Positions 43,148 to 57,853 of a stretch of DNA of 64,000 nucleotides are shown piece by piece (position 1 is the first letter of the stretch; every line of letters starts with the position of its first letter). The stretch lies in NCBI RefSeq assembly GCF_009914755.1, contig NC_060942.1; one strand, 5' to 3'. This stretch comes from the human T2T-CHM13v2.0 reference genome, Homo sapiens. Below the pieces are notes generated by a model. That model was not told the DNA's origin and did not search any database. It saw nothing but the letters and a program-made list of their open reading frames with translations. A program made the position numbers and the translations under genes.

Positions 43148-45212
43148 GTAAGCGGGACCGCCTCTGCCGCCCCCGAGGCGCGCGGGCCGGCGCGGGACGC
43201 CCGGGACGCCGACAGCTCCCTGGTGGTAGAGCCCTAAGGCTGGCGTCGGGGCCGGGCGGGGGGCGCGGCGGGCCGGACACCGCTTCTGCCTGTGAGCCGG
43301 GCGCTGGGCGAGGGGCCGTGGGGCTGGCAGGCACCCAGTTCTCGGGCGGGCGGAGCGGACGGACCCCGAGGGCGAGCTCCCCAGCCGGGACTGCCAGCTC
43401 GGCCGCCGTCCTTCCGCGGCCTGGGCTAGTGCTCAAGGTTGGGCGGCTTGCACTCTTGAGTCCCTGGCCGGCTGCAAAAGGAACAGCAGAAAACTTTGCT
43501 TGAAGTTCCCAGTTGCAGCCGCCGGGCCGCCTGGCGTAGGCGCTGCGCGGTCCCCGCCGACCCCGAGCAGCGGCCGGGCCCAGGCCGCTGGTGTTCGGCT
43601 GCGCCCGCAGCGATCGCCGGGAACTGGCGGCCGCTCCGGCGGCGGCGATCTCCCGGTGCCCTGCCCTCCCTGTCGCCCCCTGCCCGGCGCGGCTGGCGAC
43701 CCCGGGAGGTCCCCGCGGTCGTGCAGCGTCTGCGGAGAGGCTGGGGGGAGTTCCTCGCCGGTCCCAGCGGTAGGGCTTGGCGGCCGCGGAGGGAAGCGGG
43801 CAGGTCCCCAGGCCCTGGCCACGGCCCTGCGCCCCGCTGGGCTCCCCCTCCCCACCCTCGTCCCCCTAGCGGAGCGCCGCGGCCAGCTGCAACTTGTTCA
43901 TCCAGCCCGGCTGCCCGGGGGTCCCAGGTGGGAAGGAGAGGCACTGGCGGTGTGCGAGCAAGCGTGTGAGTGTGTGCGCGTGTGTGCCTGCACGCGCGCG
44001 CGGGGGCGTTCTAAGCCCAGAGGAACCCCTCACGGAGAGGATCTGTGGATCGGAGTCGGGGGTCCGGCGTGGGGGCGAACCCGGCACGCTGTCACAGGGG
44101 TTTACAACCAGGATGACCTTTATTACCTGGGTGACACAGGTGGATAGACGGCAAATGCTGGCCCATTTGCACACCTTCTTTCTAGTGTTTATTAGATTAG
44201 TTTCATTAAGGTCCACATGCAGTGGGGGCGGTGGGCTTTCTTTTTCTTTAATAAAAAAGCCTGCTCTTTGGTCTTAAACTTGGTTTTTGCAAAATAGGTC
44301 TCTGCGTTTGGGAACAAGTGAGTTGAATGAGTAAGTTGGGCTTTTTAAGAATTTAATGAAGAGGACTTTCATAAACAGTAAAGAGCATATTTTAAGCAGT
44401 AAAAACCTTTGGTCCTCCGGTGCGTGGAAACCTTTTTATTTTCTTGGGGTCCAGGACCATTGGCTGCTGGAGCTCTGGACTCACAGGCACATTAGTTGTG
44501 TCTTGTGTGTTGCTGATCTGCAGGACCCTTGATCACAGTTGGCCTCAGAGAAGGAGTGGAACGTGTAGGTTTTGAAACCCAAAGCATCAACTTCAATACA
44601 GAAATATCCTTTCTCCAAGTTTTGTGTTTCCCTAACTGCCTGGTAATTGCACGTGCTCCAGAGGATTTAACACAATGATGCACTGTCGTCTGATTATAAA
44701 ACTGATGCAGAATTTGGTCTGTGTTCTTATTAGTGAATAATAGAGTAGAATTTGAGAGCCTTGTAACTCATTAGTATTAGAAGCCAAGTATGAGAGCCCT
44801 AGTGATGGTTTTCTCTTTATTAACATCCATGACTCCCTTCTTGGGATTTGTTTAAAGTTAAGCTGTGTCAAATATCATTTGGATGGATTTTTAAATTGTG
44901 TGCAAGGGAGTGGAAACAAATATTTATATTGCTTATTTAAACCATGGGTTCCTCATCACCAAAAAGGATTTCAGCCTCAGTTGTACTGACCCATGTCCTT
45001 GTTAAGGCTGATGTAAATGATCAGTCAAGCCAAAATAGACTTCTACTAAAATTTAGCCTGATTTTTCATTTGGAAGAAATATATCTATTTGTTTGAGTTA
45101 ATCATACCATTAAGTGAAATGTGTTTTCTTTTCTATCTAGAAAGCCAGAGTTATCCTGGCATGCTAGTGGGTAAAGGGCAGCATCCAAGCCATGCCTCAG
45201 AAACGTTGAACT

Positions 45213-45413
<201 letters not shown>

Positions 45414-46154
45414 TCATATGTGCAAGGATCAGATATGTTTCACTTCATTATTTATTTTTCTCTCCATATTGCGTTTAGGTAGTACAGGTGTGAATCAGGG
45501 TTTTGTTTTTTGTTTTTGTATGTTGAGGAAGTTAATTCTGAATGCTAGGAGTGGCATTGACACATTTCTTTTTTATGTTTCTTCCAGAAATTGTAGTAAT
45601 TGGCTGCTTTTCACTTGACATGGGAATAAATTTTAGAGCCAGAAGAGCTAGATTGTAAGCTCCCTGAGGGCAAAGCCAATTTTCGTTTTCTTCTGACTTT
45701 CTCACAAAACATTTCTCATAGATCCTTAGATGTCACAGGCATTATTACTATTTGTTGAATAAATCACTAATGAGAATCTTGATCATTTGCACATATTCAA
45801 ATTGTGTGTGAATGGACCAATATATAATAAAATGGAGGGAGAGAAGTGATTGTTAAAAGTTAGACTTGGCTTGCCTTTTCCACACTGGGTTCTCTTTAGG
45901 CCAATGGACTAATCATGAGGGTTTATAAATATAATCAGTCAAGGGTTTTTGTATAACTCAGACATTATCTACACAAGGCACTCTGCCCTTTGCTTTCTGC
46001 AGTGCTCTCCTGTCCTCTTTTGGAATGGGTTTGGAATTGTTAAGATTGTTAATTAACCATTTCTGGAGGTGGACTACATGTGATTTGGATACCAGACATC
46101 AGAAATAGAATGCTAAACTTACTGGAAAAGTATTAGGATTTGGGCCTGTGATGA

Positions 46155-46495
<341 letters not shown>

Positions 46496-46974
46496 GAAAA
46501 ATTGTTTTTTATCATTACCGTTTCTAATTTGTTAGGCAAAATAATGGAGGTTCACTTTATATCTTCTAGGTCTTTAGTGTTCACTAAAAATAACTGGTAA
46601 GATGGTATATAAGTAAGACATGAGAAAGAAAGTTAAATTATTTTACCTTTGTTGGAAATTCCCTTTTGCATGGTGAGAAACCAACGAGTTGGCAAGTTGT
46701 TCCTCTTTGACCCAATTTCTTAAAAGCCAAGTTGCAACATATATTATATAATACAATGAAGTGTTTAGTTCTACCTTATAATGGTTTTGATGTGTTAAGT
46801 TCTGCTAAGCAAGCTTTGGTTTGCAGAAATAGAAATATAGACTTAGCTCTTTGTTTCAGCTACAGTGGTATTTGAAATATATTAAATGTTAACATAACCT
46901 TGTGAATTTGGGACTCGTGGAGAAATTAATTTTTTAAAATATTTTAAGGATGTTTGTGGGAAAACAGCTGAAAT

Positions 46975-47162
46975 CTGAATAAAGCCTGTAATTTAGTTAG
47001 TAGTGTGGTACCAATGTTAATTTCTTAGCTTTGGTAATTCTGCTCTGTGAATGTAAGATGTTAACATTAGGGGGAAGCTGGGTGAAGGGTGTACTTGCAC
47101 AGTTTGTATTGTTTTTGCAAGTCTTCTATAAATCTGAAATTTTTTCAAAATACAGAATTTTA
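46975..47162 (+). mobile_element. L1ME/L1MC 3' end fragment
   Basis: CCAATGTTAATTTCTTAG...GTAAGATGTTAACATTAGGGGAAGCTGGGTGAAGGGT...TTTTTGCAA. Confidence 0.7.
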
Positions 47163-48821
47163 AAGCACCCTTTGCAAAGAGTGGTAATATGTTTGTTTAG
47201 CAGTTAAGTTTATTTTTTCTTTTTCAGATAACTATAGTCATAGCATTTTACATTTTCAAGGTGCTTTCGCTAGATTGAAAATTGATAATGAAGAAAATAC
47301 TTCAAATTTAAATCAGTGAGCATGAAAGAAATATGCTAAGAAATTACTATAACATTCTTAGTGTTCTGTATATGTAAAGAAGAATTGCTTGAGCATAATA
47401 AATTGTTCCGATCTAGAAAATTATAGGTTTTAGTCTCTCATGTTTTCAAAGGGTTATTTTTACAGATTTTAAGAAAAGAATCTATTGACATGTAGTGATA
47501 TATGGATAAGTGTGTATATAATTTTGGTAATTCAAAATGAATTTTCTTTAATGAACAAGTAATTTGAATTATGTCTTCAGATTATATAAATTCTTTATAA
47601 ATGAAGCATAGCCTAGCCTTTAGATTTGGTAAAAGTTGGTTTCAGAATTTAAGCAATTCTGTGACAATTCTAGAAAAGTCAATACCTTTATTTAAATTTT
47701 TCATAATTCTCTAAGGATTGTAATATATTCTAGGAATTGTGAGGCTGTATACAGTAGAGGAACTATGTATTAGATTAAATATTGTTTTCTTTCAATTTTT
47801 GTTTTAGATTTCATTAAGTTTCTAGAATGAGCATGTATTATCTAAATATCCCAAGGCTTAGTTTTCATTTAGGGAATCAGGCATTTTAATGAGTTTTATG
47901 CTTTTCAACAGTGAAACATTTTTCTTAGGGGTTATGTCCACCATGCATTTTACTTTAGTTCTGAGATTCTTCTCTTTGAAAACCAACTTTCCTATAGTTT
48001 CACTTTTTAGTGTGCTTACTATCTTTATGAATATAACATGCATGTTAATAGGCTTATTTTATAAGCGAGGGAAGGTTTAATTATTAATGTCTTTCCAACT
48101 CACAAACATTCTAAAAAGGTACAAAATAATGTAAATCTTGCATTATAAGAGGATGTTGCTTTTTTGCTTCCTAAAATACCGCGGTGGTTTTCAGTTTAGT
48201 CATCAGAAAGCCTGAGCTGACACTGTAGCTCTGAAAAACCCAGCAGAGAAAAATAAGTTGGGCTGCCTTGGGTGGAGAGGAGGAAAGATTTAGTCACCAA
48301 GCTTCCTAGTCTGTAGTGCCCCCATCATTGGTGAGGAGGCTGGCAAGGCCAGGGCATAATTAAGGGTCTGGGAGTATGTGAGAGAAAAAGACAAAAACAG
48401 GATGAGAAGAGAAGTGTTGTGTACTCAGGTGTGGGATGTGACAAGCTCTAGAGATCTTAGCAAGGGAGGGTCACTCCCCTTGTGCCCTCTTAGCTATGAA
48501 GGAGAAACACATGGAAAGTTGAAGGAGGGCCATGAAGAGTGGCAGTTGTGCAGGTAGATCACAGTGACATCCTGCCTCAGTGACGTTAGGTGGCTCTGGG
48601 GAGGGCCTGGGAAACTGCACCAGTGTTGATGGTGAGCTAGGTTTTAATCTGTGCTTCTCAAAACCTGCTGTCCACGGGGAGCATCTGGAGGCCTCCTTTC
48701 AAAGGCTGCTTCCTGGGGCCCAGCTGTGGTGATTCTGATGTCCACGACAGAGGTCCCCCAGCATCCTTGGGTGGTCAGGGTTTGTAGCCACAGTTGAAGA
48801 AACGTTGTCCTGAAAGAGGAG

Positions 48822-49145
<324 letters not shown>

Positions 49146-50004
49146 CTGAAAGAGGAGTTTTTAAAGTGTTGTCCTTGAGCCAGCAGCATCAGCATTACAT
49201 TGAAAGTTGTTAGACTTGCAACCCTCTGACCCTGAATCCGCAACCCTGGGGATGAGGCCCGGCAATCTGTGTTAGAACAAGCCCCCCATGGGATTCTGAT
49301 GTGACCTGAGATTGGAGAACCCTTGTTCTAAAAGAACTGAGATCTTCTGCCTGCCCTATCAGCCTCCCTTGACAAGAGCTGAAAGAGAACTGGGGGTAAA
49401 AATATCACATCCATTCATTCACTGCTTAGCCTCTTGATTAATACGGCCGGTATTACCAACATGGTGATGTGATCGTGTTGTCTCTGGCCAGACACTGGGG
49501 AAGAGACTAAATCCAGCCAGTTGTAAAACTCAAATGAATAAAAAAGTTTCCTATGTTTTTACTTACCACGATGTAACAATTAAATTTTGTTGTAATGGTT
49601 AGCCATTGGAAATTTCCCTGGGTTGATATTTTGTATAGGAGATATTTGTTGGCTTGTTATAATAAGCATGCAGCCCAGTGTGCTTATTAGAATATTTAAT
49701 AGTGCTTATTAATAATTCTTATTGAAATATTTAATTCAAATAAATATTTATTGAGCACTTACATTTGTACGGCCCCTTTGTGGATGGTAATGGGCAAGGA
49801 TAAAGCAGGTATAGTTACCACACTTTGAGAAGTTATTCATTTATTAAAATTTCAAAATCTACTAAAATGGAAAGAAACAGGGACTTTCTCAGGAGAGAAC
49901 TGGAAGTTAGTAGATGTAAGATTTGGAATTGTAATGTGGAATTGTGAAACTTTGCCTTTGGCAATAAACTCAAATTCCAAATAGAAAGAAAATAAAGGTT
50001 TTTC

Positions 50005-50411
<407 letters not shown>

Positions 50412-51732
50412 TTAACACTCCAGGTAAATAAAAATAATCATGATGTCTTTTAACAGATTGATCCTGAGCGCTTTGTAGCCGGCCTTTCTGAGAAACAGCT
50501 GAAGAGTGCTTCCCTGCTGCCGGTTGCTCCTGCTGCCATCCGCAGCTGATCACTAGGTGTAGCTGCGTCCCTTAACCCCCCTGCCTGAGCCAAGCAAGGT
50601 CCAGCCCCATCCATAGATGGCTTCCTGGACAGCTAAAGAAAGGCACGAGAGCGGACTTTCATCCGCTTACGTGTGCATCTCTAAGTCTTTATTGTAAAAT
50701 TGAGTTCTTTAGTGGGAGTTGTAGTTCCACTGCTACTTGTAGTGTAGTTTGTTGAAATTCAGCACTGATCCAGAGACAACTTTAGATTCACCTGCTACAG
50801 TCTTACTCAATTTTTTCTTTTTTCTGCTGTGTCATATGTTGCTGCTAATCTACATGTAGTGGTAAAACTGGAAGAAGTAGTATATATTTGCCAACTAAGT
50901 AAAGGGTTCATGTTAACCTTTGGGGCCTTCTTGTAGTAGACCAGAAAAAGCAGTGGTGTGGATGGCTCTGTGTAGGTGTGTAACATCTTTAGGACATGGC
51001 TTGTCTGTACTTTTCTTACGTCTGCAAGGAGTGACTTCTACAGCACTGAGGGTTTAGGTATGTAATTCAAGAAGTCATGAAAATCTGCCTGGAAATCTGA
51101 TTCAGCCATTTTTCCTGCTTAAAACTCAGAAGACTAATGAGTCATCAAAAACTTTATATGAAATGCAAGTGTTGGGCTTTGGGTTAGAAGTCAGGGCAGG
51201 GTGGAGAATCTGATTGAAGATGGCTGTGTGGCTTCCTTTCGAAACTGGGGCTAGCAGGGGTTGGAAATGACCTTGCAAGCTAAAAGAGCAAGGATTGCAG
51301 GACATACAGGAGAGATGAATGAGAGGAGAGGAGTCAGAGACTTGTCAAAACTGATAAGGTTTTAGCATCTCCCTCTGAAGAAAAGGCCACTGTTTAACAG
51401 AATGATTTATTTCAACATGCACCAGCCAAAGCAGAAGCAAAGCATTTACTTTTTATGGGCTGCAAAGCATAAAAGCTTATAGAGCATCAGTTTTTCAGAT
51501 GGGTGAATATTCATTTTAATCTCTCTTTCTATTCAATATGCAGAAAGCAGATTTATTGCATACAATGAGAAGAGTGCATATTAGTGTGGGTTACTCTGGG
51601 AGTCTGAGGCCCCATTACTTTTCCCTGGCTTCTAGCTATGGAATCAAAATGGGCTCACAGGTAACAGGTAGGCTTTGACAGAGGGTGAGAAGGAATTGGA
51701 CCACACCCTTTGTATAGTCTGTGTTTTTTTGA

Positions 51733-52030
51733 TTTTTTTTTCTCAAGGCGTCTTGCTCTGTCATCCAGGCTGGAGTGCAGTGGCAGGATCACTGATCATG
51801 GCTCAATGTAGCTTCGACTTCCTGGGCTCAAGCAGTCCTCCCACCTCAGCCTCCTGAGCAGCTGGGTCCATAGGCACAAGCCACCATGCACGGCTAATTA
51901 AAGAAAAAAATTGATAGAGATGGGGTTTTGGTACATTGCCCAGGCTAGTCTTAAACTTCTGGGCTCAAGTAGTCTTCAGCCTCCCAAAGTGCTGGGTTTA
52001 CAGATGTCAGCCACTCTGCCTGGCCCAGCC
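51733..52030 (-). mobile_element. AluJ SINE
   Basis: Diverged reverse Alu (CTGGGCTCAAGCAGTCCTCCCACCTCAGCC). Confidence 0.85.
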
Positions 52031-53389
52031 TGTTTTTGATGGATACTATTTGTTCTCTCTTCTCTGTTTGAGTAGCTTGAGGTACTTTACATCATGTAAT
52101 AAGCACATGCTTAAAATGAACTTAAAATGGACTCAGTGTGATGTTCCATCTAGATATACAATTATAAGGTGGTTTAAAGCATTCCTTTTAACATACTCAT
52201 AATGTGTAAAACCAGATTACTTAACAATTTTAGCATGTAGTAGTCACTCAATAAATATTTGTTGAATGAATGAAGAAACAATTTAAAGAAGCTCCCTTGG
52301 AGAAGAAAAAAATCAAATAACTTATGCTTAAGGCTGTTTTTTTTTTCCTACTTCCTATCAAGTTTGACTTAGGTATCTCCAATAACCTTAACAATAGAAC
52401 CAGGCTGTGTGTTTAGTGCCTGGTGCCATTAGCAATTTATAGGTGTATAGAGACACAGTTGCTAAATTTAAAGGAAAAAGTATTACCTTTTGTTAATTAA
52501 ATATATAAAAGTAAGACTGTAGTTTTATTGTGTATAATAAAAATGTATAAATCAGTTATTGCTATAAAGTAGCATTTTGATATAATACTGATCACTAAAA
52601 AATGAAATTTACTATGCAGTAGATTTATCATGACTGTACTCTAGGGGGATTTGATTTAGTCACTGGTATATTAAAGGAACCATGGTATCACCAGAAAGAA
52701 GATTCCATGACAGGGAATAATATATATTATCTCTGCTGCCTTTTATTTCTGATATAGAATGAAATGAATTATACCTACACAGAGCTCAGACAGCATCATG
52801 ATAACATCAGGCTCATCTTCATTACAGCAGGCATGTTCTCGTTCCTTTTTCATTCAGTGTATCATACTCTCAAGTGATAAAACTTAATAAAAAGAGGCTA
52901 CTTTGACAACAACCTCATAAACTGTGTTTTCTACTTCCTCAACTTCTGAAGTCTTGAACACCAAATGTGGTGTAAAATTTCCACCATGAGTTCAGGTCAT
53001 TGGCTCTCATTGGCATTGTGTTCTGTGTGTGTGTGTGTGAGGGAGGTTCTCCCTCGTCTCTCTGTCTGTCATCATTTTCATCCCAAATGTGTGACTTTTT
53101 AAAGAGCCTCTGCTTTTCTTTCTAATCTTGCTCAGTAGGCAGGGGCCCCTGTGAGACAGCTGGTTGAGAATGCTTGGTATGTTTGGAGTGCAGCATGCTT
53201 TGTCAGAGAGGGACAGGACACAGTGGGGGTCTGAGGCTGTGACATCAGCCATGGGGATCCCTGAGCTGTTGAAAGAAGGGCAGTAGTAGCCTCTGGTTGG
53301 ATCAGGTCTTCCTGGCATTGAGTTCTCCTTCTACCTCTAAGTAGCCATGAGACCTTGGGTGTGTTATTTCATTTTAAAATACCCTGCAG

Positions 53390-54028
<639 letters not shown>

Positions 54029-54469
54029 TCCTTGCAGAGTTATTGCAAAGACTAAATCAGAGAACCAATGCTGTGATGTCAGGGGCCCCTGGGGTGATAG
54101 GGCTTCATGTGTAATTAGTGGTCAGAATAAGACGGGTCCATCAGTCTGTTCCCCCATCCTCATGCAGATTACAGATTTAAGCATAGGAACCCTGTGCTTT
54201 CATAAGTGAAAAAGTGTTGAATATTGGCAATTTCACATGATTCAGACTAACACATCCCCTTTCTGGGTCCAAGGCTTTGATAGTTGTGGTGCTGGGAGGT
54301 TGTATAAGTGACATAGAAGTATGTGTATGTGGTTATGTATGTCTAGATTTTATAAACAGGGCCAACATTATGTTTGAAAAGAAAAAAGCCCCCTGAAATT
54401 AGCAAAATAATCATGTTAAAATTGGCATCATGAAAAGCCAGCACTGCTCGGTGCCATGGAAGGCCCTGC

Positions 54470-54610
54470 ATCCTGGATACCTGCATTACAGTCACCTGAA
54501 GCACTTGTTAAAAATGCAGATTCCTGGCCCCACCAGACCTACAGAGTCAGAAACTGGAAAGAAATACCTCATATGATTTTGATCTTCTTTAAAGTTGAAG
54601 AGCTACTGGA
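54470..54610. mobile_element. MER5A-like hAT remnant
   Basis: GTCACCTGAAGCACTTGTTAAAAATGCAGATTCCTGGCCCCACCAGACCTACAGAGTCAGAA. Confidence 0.7.
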
Positions 54611-56911
54611 AGGAAAGTAACAGTGACTCAGAGACCCTGCCTTTGTATTGAATTTATCACATCTACTATGAGGAGTGTTAAGAAAGCATCTGAGGATTAC
54701 TATTAATACATGAATTTTTACATAGCAAACTATAATTGGCCAGAGAGCATTTCTTTTATAAAGCAGAGGCTTTTCAGCATTAGAAGAGAAAATGAGTTAT
54801 GAAACAATTACATTATAGAAACTTATCTGCTTCGTATATATCTTGCAACTTGGTGACCTCTAGTAAATGTGGCATCACTCTGGAATGTTTAGAATATAGT
54901 GAAAGAATAAAGACATTTTGGAGTAATCAGAACACAGATGATTTTAGATCTCTAAATTTGCCAATTTGAGCTGCATTTTGAGATGACTCATTCAGGGAAG
55001 ATCATGAGACAAGATGATCTGCAAAGTATTTTGGGAAGATTATTTTCCAGCACTTAGTCCTTTACTTCATGTTCATTGAAACATGTGAACGTTGTGGAAT
55101 GATTTGTCTTAGGTGCCCCATAAGGATGGACCAAAAGCTTGGTGCTTTGATTGCAGTAGTTTTAAAAAGTCTCACAAACCTCAAAATGGGCATATTGGTC
55201 TGTTAAAGCACTTGAAATTTCCACTAGCTCATCATTTTGGCCAAGGAAGAAAGGTCTTTGTCAAAATGTCGTCTCTAGGAGAGGTGGCTCATTAAGTTAT
55301 CTTAAATATGACATCTCTAACTAGCTGTCACCTCGATAAGTTGACATCTTTAGATTCTCCCTTGTAAAATGACATTTGATTCAAGGATCTCTCCAATATC
55401 TTAAAGAGTATGAGGATTGTCATCAGCTTATGTCTTAGTTCAGATTAGTTTGTCAGATGGCACAGCAAAAGAGAATGAGACTTGGATCATTGGGTCATTT
55501 TTGATAGGTGAGCATGGGAGACATGTCTAGAGCACTGGGTCCCATCTGAGAGAGTGCCTGATACAGCATGAGGTTGCTTGCTAACAAGAAGTGGGTGTTG
55601 AAGGGCTGTCTGCAAGATTTTAGATGCTTTGAACATTTGCCATAGGCTTCATCTGCTAAGCTATGCACTTAGCATAAGCGAAGTTCACTCTTTCTCTCTG
55701 TACTTGAGAATGTAGCTACCATTCACAGGTGACGCCAAAGGCTCTTCAGCAACTAGACTGTTAAGGCCTGTGGCTTTCTTCTTAAATATTGATAATATAC
55801 GTAAGCCTTATTTCAGGGGCTTAGCATTGATAGTCATAAGTGATAACCATATATTGAGCACTAAGTATGTGCTAAATAGTGTGCTGAGAGGGTATGATAT
55901 TCTCAAACTTATTGCCCCCCATTTACAAATAAAAGCTTGGCTGAGAGAATCAACGGAGACTTTGGGAGGTAAAGTCGTCTCCACTCCCAACCCAACCATG
56001 TCATCCGAACGTGGGGTACATGTACCATATTATGTCTCCCTCCCCATACATACACAGAGTAGTGTTTTCCTGATTTATGCTTTACTTTGATGCCATCCTC
56101 CTGTATTGAAGTGTGCTCTAAGAAAAAGCATTTCAAATGTAGTGTTGTGGCTGCTAGGAAGATATTAAGTGATGTTGTATTATGTCATATAAAATCCGTA
56201 TGATGACCTTCTGGAGAGATTTCTTTCCGGTTCAGGGAAAGGTGTGATTCTCCTGTGCAGTCAGATTCTTCTCGTGGACACAGTGAGCAATATAACCCAT
56301 CAACTTTCTTTTTTCTGTCGGCTGTTAGAAAGCCAGATTCAAATGCATGTTTTGTAGTAGCTGGAACTTTTATATTGAACTGAAAACCTCAGTCAAAGCT
56401 GGCCTGCATCAAACAGGGAATTTTTTGGCTCTTGTAACAGGTAACAGAGAAGGCCAAAGGTGGGCACGGGATTCCAAGTCTTCCTTGCTAAGCATCTTTT
56501 CTCTCTATGTGATGTTTCTAAGGAGTTACAGGCTAAATCCCTCTGGCTCCAAGCCTAGTGGAAAGAGAAATTCTCTTCCCTCATGGTACAACTCACTCCT
56601 GTGATTGGGCTCCAAGAAAAAAATAAAAATAAATAGGTTCTGTTACCAGTTGAAGAGTAGATAGTACCTGGACGAAAAGCAGCAAACTGCCAGAGCATTC
56701 ATCTATGCAGTCGATGCTTGTTTCTGGGTCTTTTTGCTGGCCTGATTCTTAGTCACTTCTCACATCATTTTAATTTATTTTGCTGTATTTTATGTATCAT
56801 TATAAATGCATTAAACCTTTTTGGGTGGTGGCAGAAAGTAAATTAGTTTCAAATCTCATCATTTGCATCAGTGCTCCAAATGTACCTTTTGTGTGTGCAT
56901 GTTTCATTTAC

Positions 56912-57213
56912 TTTTTTTTTTTTTTTTTGAGACAAGGTCTTGCTCTGTCACCCCAGCTGGAGTGCAGTGGTACGATTATAGTTCATTGCAGCCTTGACAT
57001 CTCAGGCTCAAGTGATCCACCTCAGCCTCCAGAGTAGCTGGGACTCCCAAGCAGCATGCGGCACTATTCCTGGCTACTTCACAAAAATTTTTTTTGAAGA
57101 GATGACTTCTCGTTATGTTGCCCAGACTAGTCTCAAGCTCCTCGCCTCAAGCCATCCTCCTGCCTCAGCCTCCCAAAGTGTTGGGGTTACAGGCATGGGA
57201 CACCCCACCTGGC
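56912..57213 (-). mobile_element. AluJ SINE
   Basis: Poly-T followed by a diverged reverse Alu. Confidence 0.9.
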
Positions 57214-57353
57214 ATAAAATTTATTTTTTTAAAGCATCAAAATCTTTTGGCTAAGCAAATTTTACATAGGTAGAAATGTGTACAAATCTTTTGGTTAAAT
57301 AAAGTTTTATGTGAACATATTTTTAAAAAGGCTATCCAAATTGGCAAACAAGG

Positions 57354-57853
57354 TATATTGGTTAGCTATTGCTGTGTAACAAAGCACCTCAAAACTTAGT
57401 GACCTAAAACAACCACCATTTACTAAAACTTAGTGACCTAAAACAACCACCATTTACTATTCTTCATGTTCTATGGGTGCCTCTGCTGACCTAAGTTGGG
57501 CTCGGTATACTTTGTGTATATGTGTCTCTCCTCGGTGATCTTGGCTGAGCTTTCTTGAAATTTTGCTGCTGTCCTTCTGTAGGCTGGTCTAGGATGTCCT
57601 CAGCTGGGACAGTTGGACTCTCGTACATGTGATCTCTCATTCCAAAGAGAGAGCAGAAGTGAACCAAGACTTCTGGGCTAATGCTTGGGAAGAGTACGTT
57701 GTCACTTCCACCTCTTCTCCTGGCCAAAGCCAGTTACAAGGCCAGCCTAGAATCAAGGGTGGGGAAATAGTCCTCACTCCTTGGTATGTGAGGCTGCAGG
57801 GTCACATGGTAAAGAGTACGGATACAAAAAGAGGTGGGAAATTGGGACTTACA
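57354..57853 (-). mobile_element. MLT1 (H/I-like) MaLR LTR containing a 34-bp tandem duplication
   Basis: TTAGCTATTGCTGTGTAACAAAGCACCTCAAAACTTAGTGACCTAAAACAAC...GGCCAAAGCCAGTTACAAGGCCAGCCTAGAATCAAGGG. Confidence 0.75.

Larger units (their letters stand above)
41780..44160. promoter_or_regulatory. PTPRM: CpG island promoter of PTPRM (TATA-less, GC boxes)
   Basis: Abrupt switch to very GC- and CpG-rich sequence spanning exon 1. Many GGGCGG boxes. Confidence 0.95.

Noticed and set aside
41527-44277. Many long overlapping ORFs (up to 322 aa) on both strands of the CpG island
   Set aside because: Expected from stop-codon scarcity in GC-rich DNA. The translations are low-complexity R/P/G/A and mostly start at GTG/TTG. 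Only 43075-43147 has a recognisable product and a splice donor. The part of ORF 42535-43503 after 43147 is intron.
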